A DNA stretch of 64,000 nucleotides from Candidatus Aenigmatarchaeota archaeon (GCA_043808015.1 JAZDFI010000008.1:13271-77270); one strand, 5' to 3'. Shown: positions 18,376-27,506, counted from the first letter of the stretch. The notes: generated by a model not told the origin, from the letters alone. A program made the numbers and translations.

Positions 18376-19401
18376 CTATCCCGATAGCCACCTGTTCAGA
18401 CTGTCGCAGCTTTTGCCGCGGTTTGAGCAGATGCGCTCTATGGTCTTGCCAATGCGCTCTTCCGAAAAGTCGAAATCGAGCATGAAGTCCCTGAGCGTCG
18501 CCATGTCAGGTTTCGTCCTCTTTATCTCCACGTCGCTCACCGGCGGCTTCATGAAGAAGTCGAATATCTCCTGCGCGCTCGTCTCGTTATCCCAGGTGAC
18601 GCGGGAAATCACGCCATCGAGGCTTTTATGATCCTTCACCATCTTCAGCGCGGTTTTCGGACCGATGCCTTTGACGCCGCCCGGATTGTAGTCCGTGCCT
18701 ATGAGAATCCCTGTTATTATCATCTGCTCGCGGCTCAGGCCGAGTTTCGCCAGCACGTCCTTTAGCTCGATAATCTCAGGCCTGACTTCGACGTAATCCT
18801 CCTTGCGCGCAACTTTGCGCCTGCCGCTGACTGTAAGGTTCTTTATCATCCTGTTCGCCCCGAAAAGCACAGAGTCCCAGTCCTGCGAGCCGCTCGCCCA
18901 GACGACGCCCGCGTTCGCCATATAAGCAGCCTGTGCCTCTCCTTCGCTCGGCGCCTGGACGACAGGTATGCCCATTAGCTCTAGCAGTTTTTTCGCATCG
19001 CTTATCATGTCGCCTGTAAGCCGCGAAGTAGCCTGCGCATATCGCCTCACGGCCTCGATATCGCCGTCGTCCCTCGCCTTCTCGAGTTTCGCCTCAGCAT
19101 TCTTCTTTATCGCGCTTCTTATCTCTGCAGTCCTGTGCTTGAACGCGGGCGGTTTGCCGTCGAATACGAATATCGGGTCTATGCCGTTCTCTATCAGGTT
19201 GGTCGTGCGGTAGAACAGCCCCGAGAGATGCGACGTGACGCGACCCTTCGAATCTTTCAGCGACTCGCCCGTGAAGCGGTCGCGTATTATGGAAAGGAAC
19301 TGGTACATCGTGTTGAACGCATCTATCGCTATCATCCGTCCCTTCAGGTCCGCTAGTTCTATCTGCCTGCCTGTGACCAGTTCTGAAAGATTCACGCCCA
19401 T
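18376..19401 (-). CDS. fen: Flap endonuclease 1
   Basis: MGVNLSELV...IAIDAFNTMYQFLS. XPG-N/I domains and H3TH (GTDYNPGGVKGIGPKTA). Start set at Met20 of the ORF. Confidence 0.9.
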   Translation of the reverse strand: MGVNLSELVTGRQIELADLKGRMIAIDAFNTMYQFLSIIRDRFTGESLKDSKGRVTSHLSGLFYRTTNLIENGIDPIFVFDGKPPAFKHRTAEIRSAIKKNAEAKLEKARDDGDIEAVRRYAQATSRLTGDMISDAKKLLELMGIPVVQAPSEGEAQAAYMANAGVVWASGSQDWDSVLFGANRMIKNLTVSGRRKVARKEDYVEVRPEIIELKDVLAKLGLSREQMIITGILIGTDYNPGGVKGIGPKTALKMVKDHKSLDGVISRVTWDNETSAQEIFDFFMKPPVSDVEIKRTKPDMATLRDFMLDFDFSEERIGKTIERICSNRGKSCDSLNRWLSG

Positions 19402-19447
19402 GCTAAAAATTGCCTTGGTGTTTAATAAACAATAAGCGCATACGATG

Positions 19448-19999
19448 CTAGAAAACAATGAAGGATAGTCCTATAAGAACGAATGCCATGCCTGCTATTT
19501 TTGTCATGGTTTTCGGGTTGATTTTTTTCGTTATGAACTTACCGGCGTATATCGCCATCGCTGAAAGAGTGAACATGGCGACCAGCGTACCAGCGAGAAC
19601 CGCTAGCGGATTGTATTGCGTGGCCAGAAGCCCGGATGAGAGTTGCGTTTTATCACCCCACTCGGCCATGAATATCATCAAGAAGCCTGCTAGAAACGGA
19701 TTCTGCGATCTCATTTTGTCCGGCTGGCATATACCTTTCTCTAAAAACATCATCACGCCGAAGGCGATGAACATTCCGCCTGCGACTACTTTTACATAGA
19801 ACTGCGGGATTAGCGCGGACAGGAAAGAGCCGGCGAGTATCGCCACGCCATCGACGATCAGATACCCCAGCGTTATGCCTATCAGAAGTTTGGTGTGGTT
19901 TTTCGTCTTTGAAGACATGAAAAGTATGCACAGCTGCGTCTTATCTCCTAGCTCTGCTATGCCAACTGCGACAAGCGCGACCAGAAAGTCAGCTATCAT
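19448..19999 (-). CDS. UPF0016/GDT1 (TMEM165)-family cation transporter
   Basis: Two E-x-G-D-K-T motifs (ELGDKTQ, EWGDKTQ) in a duplicated 3-TM architecture. ATG at 19999; an alternative GTG lies at 20008. Confidence 0.8.
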   Translation of the reverse strand: MIADFLVALVAVGIAELGDKTQLCILFMSSKTKNHTKLLIGITLGYLIVDGVAILAGSFLSALIPQFYVKVVAGGMFIAFGVMMFLEKGICQPDKMRSQNPFLAGFLMIFMAEWGDKTQLSSGLLATQYNPLAVLAGTLVAMFTLSAMAIYAGKFITKKINPKTMTKIAGMAFVLIGLSFIVF

Positions 20000-20007
20000 A
20001 AGCGTCA

Positions 20008-20349
20008 CTAGCAGCTGGAATGAATTAAGGCGACCGCTTTCTTCTTGTCGGCCAGGAAGCCGTTGAACATCTTAGCAGCCTTGGGCGAAAGGTCATGGTA
20101 TATCTCGATTTTTTTGTCCTCAGCGGCCTGGGCGACTTCCTCGGGGATTGTGACGTGGCCTTCCATGCCAGTGCCCAGAATAATGAGTTCAGGCTCTTTC
20201 TCGGCAAGCTTCAGGAACTCGTTTATGCCGAACTCGTGCGATTTCGTGCGGAATTCGATCTTGCCGTCCCACCACACAATCATGTCGGAAAAGTAGGTCT
20301 TGCCGTCTATATCGACCTCGTCGAACCTGACATCAGTTATCTTTACCAT
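20008..20349 (-). CDS. Mth938-domain (DUF498) protein
   Basis: MVKITDVRFDEVDIDGKTYFSDMIVWWDGK...PELIILGTGMEG. Start set at ATG 20349 because the longer ORF runs into the tRNA gene. Confidence 0.6.
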   Translation of the reverse strand: MVKITDVRFDEVDIDGKTYFSDMIVWWDGKIEFRTKSHEFGINEFLKLAEKEPELIILGTGMEGHVTIPEEVAQAAEDKKIEIYHDLSPKAAKMFNGFLADKKKAVALIHSSC

Positions 20350-20382
20350 GTTTATTATTGGTATTGGAGCGGATAAAAAGAA

Positions 20383-20547
20383 TAGCCCCGGGCGGATTCG
20401 AACCGCCGTCAACCGGTTTCTCCCGATTCGGGTTTTTGCTGAAGCTTTTTATTAAAAAGCTTCGTCCAGAGCCGGTTATCCTTAACCCCCCTCTCAAATC
20501 GCTTTAAGAAAAATTTTCAAAGGGATTGGCCACTAGACTACGGGGCT
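20383..20547 (-). tRNA. tRNA-Gln(CUG) with two introns (D-loop and canonical 37/38)
   Basis: Hand fold of the reverse complement: AGCCCCG-TA-GTCT-AGTGGCCAA-[44 nt]-GGAT-A-ACCGG-CTCTGG-[48 nt]-A-CCGGT-TGAC-GGCGG-TTCGAAT-CCGCC-CGGGGCT-A. The spliced product is 73 nt. Confidence 0.75.
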
Positions 20548-21422
20548 ATATTCAACATTCTTCTTACGTGCTTTATATTATTAAATCTTATGTTTGTTTT
20601 ATATTTTTCTATCTCCTCCTTTTTAGAGAGGAAAAATTGATCTAAAATTATTTTAGATGGAGAAAAACCAAGTGATATTAAACCACTTCTCGCGTCAAAA
20701 AGCAAATTTTTAGATTTATTTTTAAAGGATATTCTCAATAATTTTCTATCTCGTCTTGACATTCTAAATATTGATCCATCTGTATCTATCAAACCTCTTA
20801 TACATGATTTTAAAAAATTGGTATCAGTTTTTATCCATTCAGGTATTCCAACATTATTCACTTTTTTATTACCGTTTTTTAACCCAAAACTTTCCAATAT
20901 TTTTATAATTTCTTTGCTGTATACAGTTATGAATATTTCATTTTTTCTCATCTCGATTTTTGAATTTATTTTAAAAATGTCATCTACCAGAGGTTTTACA
21001 AAATTCAATAAATAATCTCTTTCTGTTTTCAAATCTCCAGCTATTTTTAACGCATATACGCCCTTTTCTCCGTTCCAGTAGAGATTACCATCGCCTAAAA
21101 TTATCCCTATGATTTCAGCCAATTCGATTGATTTTTCAGGAATCATAATTTTTTTGGTTTTACCGGGGGAATTTTTACCTCCCAGTACTTTGCCCCAATT
21201 GTCTTCCAGTTTTTTATCGATATGTTTGTAGAATTCAACTTCGGCAACCTGACACAATTTTTTAAAAACTTCTGAATTTAACGATACTTTTTCATTGAGT
21301 AAATCTATTCTCAAATAATCTTTACTAACTCCCACCATTTTACTCAATTGCAGCCATGTTTTATTTCTTTTCGCTTTCAATATAAGTTCCCTCTGCTTAC
21401 CATTTTTTAATATTACCCGCAT
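20538..21422 (-). CDS. Free-standing double-motif LAGLIDADG endonuclease-like protein with N-terminal HTH
   Basis: Motif 1 AEIIGIILGDGNLY, motif 2 IRGLIDTDGSIF. Very AT-rich coding sequence. The last 10 nt, including the TAG stop, overlap the 5' end of tRNA-Gln. Confidence 0.7.
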   Translation of the reverse strand: MRVILKNGKQRELILKAKRNKTWLQLSKMVGVSKDYLRIDLLNEKVSLNSEVFKKLCQVAEVEFYKHIDKKLEDNWGKVLGGKNSPGKTKKIMIPEKSIELAEIIGIILGDGNLYWNGEKGVYALKIAGDLKTERDYLLNFVKPLVDDIFKINSKIEMRKNEIFITVYSKEIIKILESFGLKNGNKKVNNVGIPEWIKTDTNFLKSCIRGLIDTDGSIFRMSRRDRKLLRISFKNKSKNLLFDARSGLISLGFSPSKIILDQFFLSKKEEIEKYKTNIRFNNIKHVRRMLNIAP

Positions 21423-21573
21423 TAAATTATTTAGTTTTTCTCACTTATAAATTTCCTTGTACACTGGACTACATATTAAAAAGTAAAATAATGTCAAATT
21501 ATTGTAACTTTTTAGTGATAAAACTATTTATAAATAAAAAAATCAAGTATTTACAATAAAACGGGTGACAGGT

Positions 21574-22953
21574 ATGGACTTCGGTTTCGAGAGCTTCGAT
21601 GCCGGTTTTGCAGGCTTTGACGTGGATGTGGAAGACTTCCATATCAGCAAAAAGAAGAAATACGACAGGATATGGAAGGTTGGTGCTGGCGGCAGCGTGT
21701 GCTCCAAACCTGTCATTGATGGCAATGTAGCTTACTTTGGGTCGCTTGATCATAATGTCTATGCTATTGATTTGAATACCGGCAAAGAGCTTTGGAGATT
21801 AAAGACTAACGGCCTTATACTTGATTCCTCTCCATCTCTGCATGATGGAGTGCTGTTCATCGGAACCTTTGGTCACGACGTTCATGCCATAAACGCTTAT
21901 GAAGGAACCGAGTTGTGGAAATTCCGTGCAGGAGCGGAGATAAACTCCAGACCTCTCGTTTTCAACGATATGGTATTTTTCACGTCAAAGAACGGCTACA
22001 TGTATGCTGTGAGCGAATCCTCTGGAAAGGAGCTGTGGCGCTTCAGGACGGGAGCGGAAATGGTTTCAGCACCGACCCAATACGATGGCAAAATAATAAT
22101 CGGCTCATACGACGGATACCTTTATTGTGTTAATATCGACGGTAAGGAACTCTGGCGCTTCAGAACAGGAGCGGAAATAGAAAATGACGATTATTTTCTC
22201 ATAGATGACGGCATAATATACTTCGGCAGCTTCGACAACAATCTTTATGCCGTGGACATAAAGACAGGCCGTGAAGCATGGCGCTTCAAAACGGGCAAAT
22301 ACGGCAACTGCGGCGTGCCGAGGATGCACAAAAAAGTCATATATTACGGATCGAGGGACGGTATATTCTACGCCATAGACTCCATTACGGGAAAAGAAAC
22401 CTGGCGCTTCAGCACAGGCAAAGAGATAATAGACAAGGGCCCCCTGGTATACAAAAACAAAATCTATTTCGGCGCGGGCGACAACAATGTTTATTGCCTG
22501 AACCTCGAAGGCGAAGAACTCTGGCGCTTCAAGACCAGCGGCGGAGTTTACACGTCTGTAGTTGAGCACAAAGGTACGCTCTACTTCGGCAGCTGGGACT
22601 GCCACCTTTACGCAGTCGATTCAGCTACGGGCAAAGAGGTGTGGCGCTTTGCGACTAGCTCGCTTACGCCAGCGCCGTTGCCGCCTGCATACGAATGCTT
22701 TGAAGTGGAAATCAAAAAAGGCGCTCACATAGAGGACGCGATATCTGAAGAAAAATATTCCAGTAAAAAACACGATCACGTTTCTCTTTCAAACTACCAG
22801 ATAACGAGCGAGTATTCGACTAAGAGCGAATACAAGCAGAAGAGCGATTACGACGCCCATTGGGTAATGTTTGAAGGTATACTAAACGAGGAGGAACTGA
22901 CATGTCTTTCGAATTTGGTGGATTTGAATCAGCGGACTTTGATGTCGAGCTAG
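21574..22953 (+). CDS. 8-bladed PQQ-like beta-propeller repeat protein, paralog 1
   Basis: Eight repeats of G-K-E-L-W-R-F-(R/K)-T-G spaced about 40 aa apart. No signal peptide. Acidic F/D-rich N-terminus. ATG at 21574 (the track start 21565 is GTG). Confidence 0.75.
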   Translation: MDFGFESFDAGFAGFDVDVEDFHISKKKKYDRIWKVGAGGSVCSKPVIDGNVAYFGSLDHNVYAIDLNTGKELWRLKTNGLILDSSPSLHDGVLFIGTFGHDVHAINAYEGTELWKFRAGAEINSRPLVFNDMVFFTSKNGYMYAVSESSGKELWRFRTGAEMVSAPTQYDGKIIIGSYDGYLYCVNIDGKELWRFRTGAEIENDDYFLIDDGIIYFGSFDNNLYAVDIKTGREAWRFKTGKYGNCGVPRMHKKVIYYGSRDGIFYAIDSITGKETWRFSTGKEIIDKGPLVYKNKIYFGAGDNNVYCLNLEGEELWRFKTSGGVYTSVVEHKGTLYFGSWDCHLYAVDSATGKEVWRFATSSLTPAPLPPAYECFEVEIKKGAHIEDAISEEKYSSKKHDHVSLSNYQITSEYSTKSEYKQKSDYDAHWVMFEGILNEEELTCLSNLVDLNQRTLMSS

Positions 22954-24254
22954 AAGATATCGAAATTAAAAGAACGAAAAAATTCGACAGGATGTGGGAA
23001 GTCGGCTTCGGCGGCAGCATCAACAACGGAGTAAGGCTTGTTGACGGCATAATATATTTCGGAGCCATGGACAACTACGTTTACGCTGTCGACGCATCGG
23101 ATGGCAAGGAAGTTTGGAAATTCAGGACAGGCGACGGCATATGCGAAAGCACGCCGGAAGTCTCGGGAGGCATAGTGTACGTCGGTTCTTTTGATCATAA
23201 TCTTTACGCGATTGACGCCAAGACTGGTACGATGAAATGGGCTTTCAGAACAGGCGGCAAGGTAGACGCATCCCCCATCGAAAGCGAAGGGATTGTTTAT
23301 GCCGGCTCAAAGGACTGTTATATCTATGCCGTTGACTGCAAGTCTGGCAAAGAAGTATGGCGCTTCAGAACAGGAGACGAGATAGCCTCGGCTCCGACAC
23401 TCCATGACAACGTGATTTTCAACGGCTCTTTTGACAAGAATTTCTACTGCCTGAACAAGAAAACGGGCAAGGAGATTTGGCGCTTCCGCACTGGTGGGGA
23501 AATACACAACGACAGGCCTTTCCTCGTGGTTAATGAAAGAGTATTTTTCACGTCATTTGACAGCCATCTTTACTGCGCTGATGTTAAAACGGGTAAAGAA
23601 ATATGGCGTTTTAAGACCGGACGATACGGCAACGCTGGTAGTCCTGCGTATAACAACGGAGTCATATATCACGGTTCCAGAGACGGCATATTCTATGCAA
23701 TTTCACATGAAGGCAGAGAGTTGTGGAGATTCAGAACAGAGAGAGATGAACCTATAGACGTAATACCACTGATATACAAAAACAGGATATATTTCGGAGC
23801 AGGTGACGGTAACTTTTATTGTCTTGATCTGAACGGAAAGGAAATGTGGAGATTCAGAGCTTCACACAACATTTACACTTCTGCGGCCGTGTTTAACAAT
23901 GTGATATTTTTCAATTCGATGGATTGCCACTTATATGCGCTGGACGCGGACACCGGAGAGGAAGTGTGGAGATTCGCCACGTCGACGATGACAATCTCAC
24001 CATTACCGCCGCCTTATGCATCCTTCAAACTCGAGGTCCGTAAATCACAAATATCTGAACATTTTGATATCAAAGAAAAATACAAGAAAAGCAAAGAAGA
24101 AACAGTGTCGCTGTCCGATTACCACATCAAAAGCGATTATGCAACAACTAGCGAATACAAGCAAAAAAGCGACTACGACACGCATTGGGTCATGCTCGAT
24201 GAAGTGTTTGCCGACGAACCTGAAATTTTCTGCGGAATTCTGAAGAAAGCCTGA
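22902..24254 (+). CDS. 8-bladed PQQ-like beta-propeller repeat protein, paralog 2
   Basis: Same architecture as paralog 1. The start is preceded by GAGGAGGAA and lies 52 nt inside the 3' end of paralog 1. Confidence 0.75.
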   Translation: MSFEFGGFESADFDVELEDIEIKRTKKFDRMWEVGFGGSINNGVRLVDGIIYFGAMDNYVYAVDASDGKEVWKFRTGDGICESTPEVSGGIVYVGSFDHNLYAIDAKTGTMKWAFRTGGKVDASPIESEGIVYAGSKDCYIYAVDCKSGKEVWRFRTGDEIASAPTLHDNVIFNGSFDKNFYCLNKKTGKEIWRFRTGGEIHNDRPFLVVNERVFFTSFDSHLYCADVKTGKEIWRFKTGRYGNAGSPAYNNGVIYHGSRDGIFYAISHEGRELWRFRTERDEPIDVIPLIYKNRIYFGAGDGNFYCLDLNGKEMWRFRASHNIYTSAAVFNNVIFFNSMDCHLYALDADTGEEVWRFATSTMTISPLPPPYASFKLEVRKSQISEHFDIKEKYKKSKEETVSLSDYHIKSDYATTSEYKQKSDYDTHWVMLDEVFADEPEIFCGILKKA

Positions 24255-24336
24255 CAATGCTTTTTAAGCAAAGGCCCGTTAAATTTTATTTAGCTTTTAT
24301 GGCTCTTATTTAACAAAATAAGACAAAGTGATAAAT

Positions 24337-25554
24337 ATGGCGAACGAGGACATTCGGAAGCGACGGCTGAAAGATATAGTCGAAGAACTCGACAACTTCC
24401 GCGGGCGCCACACGGAGCTAATATCTGTTTACATACCAGCAGGATTCAACCTCTACAAGGTGGTCGAGCAGATAAACAGCGAGAAATCTACGGCCCAGAA
24501 CATAAAGTCGAAGACGGTTCGCAAGAACGTCATGTCCGCGCTGGAGCGCATAACACAACATCTCAAGCTCTACAAGCAGACGCCTCCGAATGGCCTGGTC
24601 ATTTTCGCAGGCAACATTTCCGAGCGTGAGGGCGTTGACGACATAGAAATATACGCTCTGGAGCCGCCGGAGCCGCTTAACCAGCGGCTTTACAGGTGCG
24701 ACCAAAAGTTTGTCCTTGACCCGCTGAAAGACCTCATACGCGAGCGCGAGATATTCGGCATAGTTCTTATAGACAAGTCAGAGGCCGACATCGGCCTGCT
24801 GCACGGCAAGAAGGTCAGGCCGCTCAAGCACCTGGACTCGATGGTGCCGGGCAAGACTGAAGCGGGTGGCTGGTCGCAGGCACGATACGCTCGAGTGCGC
24901 GAAGGCCTGCTGAACGACTTCATGAAAAAAGTCGGCGAAATCGCTTCCCAAAATTTCAGCGACCAGAAGGATTTGCTGGGCGTGATTGTAGGAGGACCCG
25001 GCCCGATAAAGGAAATGTTCGCGAGAGGCGATTTCCTGAGATACGACTTCAAGAATAAAATAATCACGGTAGTCGACACGTCTTATATGGGCGAATACGG
25101 CCTCGAGGAAGCGGTCAATCGTGCCGAGGAGGCGCTCAAGGAAGCGAGCGTCATGAAAGAGAAACGAATTCTCATCCGCTTTTTCAACGAGCTCGGCAAG
25201 GATTCCGGCCTGGCGGTATATGGTCTCAAAGAGACCGTGGAAGCGCTCAAATCAGGAGTCGTCGAGTTGTTAATGGTTTCAGAGCATTTGGACTGGGTTA
25301 AAGCAAACATAAAATGCCTCAATTGCGGCGAGGAAAGGGAAGTCGTAATGCTGCGGGACAAGCTGGAGAGCCTGAAATGCGAAAAGTGCAGCGAGCTCTA
25401 CGAGATTCTGGCAGAGAAAGACCTTACGGACGAGATAATCAAGATGGCCGAGGAAATGAACACGAAAGTCGAGATGGTTTCCGCCGACACGAAGGAAGGC
25501 GCGCAACTGAAAGACATGGGCGGAATCGGAGGGATTCTCAGGTATAAGGCTTAG
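24337..25554 (+). CDS. prf1: Peptide chain release factor aRF1 (GGQ position reads GGW)
   Basis: NIKS (AQNIKSK) and YxCxxxF (YRCDQKF) are present. The middle domain reads VPGKTEAGGWSQARYARV where aRF1/eRF1 have ...GGQSxxRFxRL. A zinc-ribbon insert sits in the C-terminal domain. ATG at 24337 (the track start is GTG). Confidence 0.85.
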   Translation: MANEDIRKRRLKDIVEELDNFRGRHTELISVYIPAGFNLYKVVEQINSEKSTAQNIKSKTVRKNVMSALERITQHLKLYKQTPPNGLVIFAGNISEREGVDDIEIYALEPPEPLNQRLYRCDQKFVLDPLKDLIREREIFGIVLIDKSEADIGLLHGKKVRPLKHLDSMVPGKTEAGGWSQARYARVREGLLNDFMKKVGEIASQNFSDQKDLLGVIVGGPGPIKEMFARGDFLRYDFKNKIITVVDTSYMGEYGLEEAVNRAEEALKEASVMKEKRILIRFFNELGKDSGLAVYGLKETVEALKSGVVELLMVSEHLDWVKANIKCLNCGEEREVVMLRDKLESLKCEKCSELYEILAEKDLTDEIIKMAEEMNTKVEMVSADTKEGAQLKDMGGIGGILRYKA

Positions 25555-26057
25555 CCGCCGCGGGGTTCATATTCTTTTTTGTAAACAATCCAGAAAATTA
25601 CAGGTATTGTGATTCCAAGCACAGCCCCGCCGATCAGGTCTGCCGGCCAGTGGACGCCCAGGAAATAGCGCGACGCAGCCACGAGTAACGCTAGCGCATA
25701 AAGCGGCAGAAGCTGCTTCCTGCGCAGGGCCAGATAAAGCGACGTCACGACTGCGAACATCGCAGTGGTGTGGCCGGACGGGAAGGAATTATCTATGTCG
25801 CAGTACGGGTTGCAGTTGGAAGCGACGACGCACGGTATGCAAGGCCTTTCTATTATTATGAGGTTTTTCATGATCAGAACGACGAGCAGCGATATCAGCA
25901 CGCCGGGGATGTAGATGTAAAGAACCTTTCTGAAAAGCTTCCTTTTCTCAGATGACAGCTTCTTCCTGAAAATGAAATACGCCAACAAAAGGATTGCGGT
26001 AGAAGCGGCCCATATCTGCGGCTCGCCTATGTTAGTGACCAGATACCAAAAGTCCAT
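25551..26057 (-). CDS. PAP2-family phosphatase (membrane)
   Basis: Motifs SFPSGHTTAMFAV and SRYFLGVHWPADLIGG. ATG at 26057 (the track start is TTG). Confidence 0.8.
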   Translation of the reverse strand: MDFWYLVTNIGEPQIWAASTAILLLAYFIFRKKLSSEKRKLFRKVLYIYIPGVLISLLVVLIMKNLIIIERPCIPCVVASNCNPYCDIDNSFPSGHTTAMFAVVTSLYLALRRKQLLPLYALALLVAASRYFLGVHWPADLIGGAVLGITIPVIFWIVYKKEYEPRGG

Positions 26058-26104
26058 AAGAACCAATTATGAATTGGTAAAACCTGATTAAATAGTCAGC
26101 GAGT

Positions 26105-27106
26105 TTACTGCTGCGAACCCGTGTGCACGTGCTTTATCTCGATGGCTTCTTTCTGGCTGAAGTTTCTGAAAGACCTGCGGAAGAAAACCAGTCTCTTTTT
26201 CGCGCCAGGGACAGAGCCTTCGATGAATATGTAATTACCCTTGACTTCTCCGTAGTTGATGAAGCCGCCGTCGATTTTAACGCCTTCCTTTCCTATCTTG
26301 ACGAGCCTCTTGTTGTATTCGGTCCTGGTCTGGAAGCCCATCTGGCCTGCCTGAGCGATCGCGCCGGGCAGCACTCTGCTCGGCGTGACAGGACCCATGG
26401 TTCCGAGGTGGCGCCTTTTCAGCTTGTTTTTTCTGCTCCTGATTTTGATGCCGAACCTCTTGACAGGACCCTGATAACCTTTCCCCTTCGACACGGCTTT
26501 AACATCGAGAAATTCGCCTTCGGCGAAAACCTCGGAAACATCAAGCTCCTTGCCCAGCTTCTCCTTAACGTATTTCCATTTGTCTTCAACTGAACCAGAA
26601 AGGTCGAGTTCAAAAACTTCAGGCTTCTTCTTCCCTATCGCCGTATCTCTAGGCTGCGTGTGGACAAGAAGACGAACGTCCGCGACGTCGTTAAGCCTGC
26701 CATCGAAATCAGAAACCTGTTTAGTCGCCTTTTCTGGCAGGTTGAGTTTTCTGGCAAGATCTTTTTTCTGGTCCTTGGCCCATATCATGCCCATGTTGGT
26801 GTAGGTGTTTATGTATTTGCCGTAGACCTTGATGCCGAAAACATAAAGAGGTGGACATTCGAAAACCGAGACGGCCCTCGATATTTCCATGCCGTGCGTC
26901 GGGCTCTTTTTTCTGCTGTCCATGAATATGACGTGCGTCATGCCCGCCTTGTAGCCGGCGAATTCGACTGGCTTCGTCGTCGCGCCCATGATCTTCTGGA
27001 CGCTCACAAGCTGCGGCGAATGCTTTAGTCTGGGATAAATTCGCTTCGCCCTCTTCTTCGGCCAGAATGCTCTCGAACCGGCCCTGGGTTTGTGTCCTCT
27101 TGCCAT
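26105..27106 (-). CDS. rpl3: Ribosomal protein uL3
   Basis: MARGHKPRAGSRAFWPKKRAKRIYPR... is a typical archaeal L3 N-terminus, and the length (333 aa) fits. Confidence 0.9.
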   Translation of the reverse strand: MARGHKPRAGSRAFWPKKRAKRIYPRLKHSPQLVSVQKIMGATTKPVEFAGYKAGMTHVIFMDSRKKSPTHGMEISRAVSVFECPPLYVFGIKVYGKYINTYTNMGMIWAKDQKKDLARKLNLPEKATKQVSDFDGRLNDVADVRLLVHTQPRDTAIGKKKPEVFELDLSGSVEDKWKYVKEKLGKELDVSEVFAEGEFLDVKAVSKGKGYQGPVKRFGIKIRSRKNKLKRRHLGTMGPVTPSRVLPGAIAQAGQMGFQTRTEYNKRLVKIGKEGVKIDGGFINYGEVKGNYIFIEGSVPGAKKRLVFFRRSFRNFSQKEAIEIKHVHTGSQQ

Positions 27107-27116
27107 AAAGCATCAC

Positions 27117-27506
27117 TTAGACTCTGCGTCCTCCGCGTCCGCCCGGCTTTCTCGTGGTGTCGTGCGGAACTGGCGTCGCATCCTCGATCCTGCCTATCCT
27201 GAGGCCCGCTCTGACAAGCGCGCGAATCGCAGGCTGCGCTCCGGCGCCGGGGATTTTCTTATTATGACCGCCCTGTGCGCGGATTTTAAGATGAACTCCG
27301 ACAAGGCCTTTTGATATCGCTTCCTCCGCGACTTTTCTGGCAGCTTTCATGGCGGGGAATGGCGAACCTTTGTCCTTGTCCCTGCTGGTTATCATGCCGC
27401 CTGAGCAGCGGGCGATGGTCTCGGAACCTGTAAGGTCGGTTATGTGGATGATGGTGTTGTTGCCTGAAGAATAGATGTGAGCGATGCCCCATTTTTCGTC
27501 TTTCAT
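27117..27506 (-). CDS. rps11: Ribosomal protein uS11
   Basis: [25 protein letters not shown]...[11 protein letters not shown]. Confidence 0.9.
   Translation of the reverse strand: MKDEKWGIAHIYSSGNNTIIHITDLTGSETIARCSGGMITSRDKDKGSPFPAMKAARKVAEEAISKGLVGVHLKIRAQGGHNKKIPGAGAQPAIRALVRAGLRIGRIEDATPVPHDTTRKPGGRGGRRV

Noticed and set aside
20350-20412. Upstream extension of the Mth938-domain ORF
   Set aside because: It runs into the 3' half of tRNA-Gln. Family similarity starts at MVKITDV.
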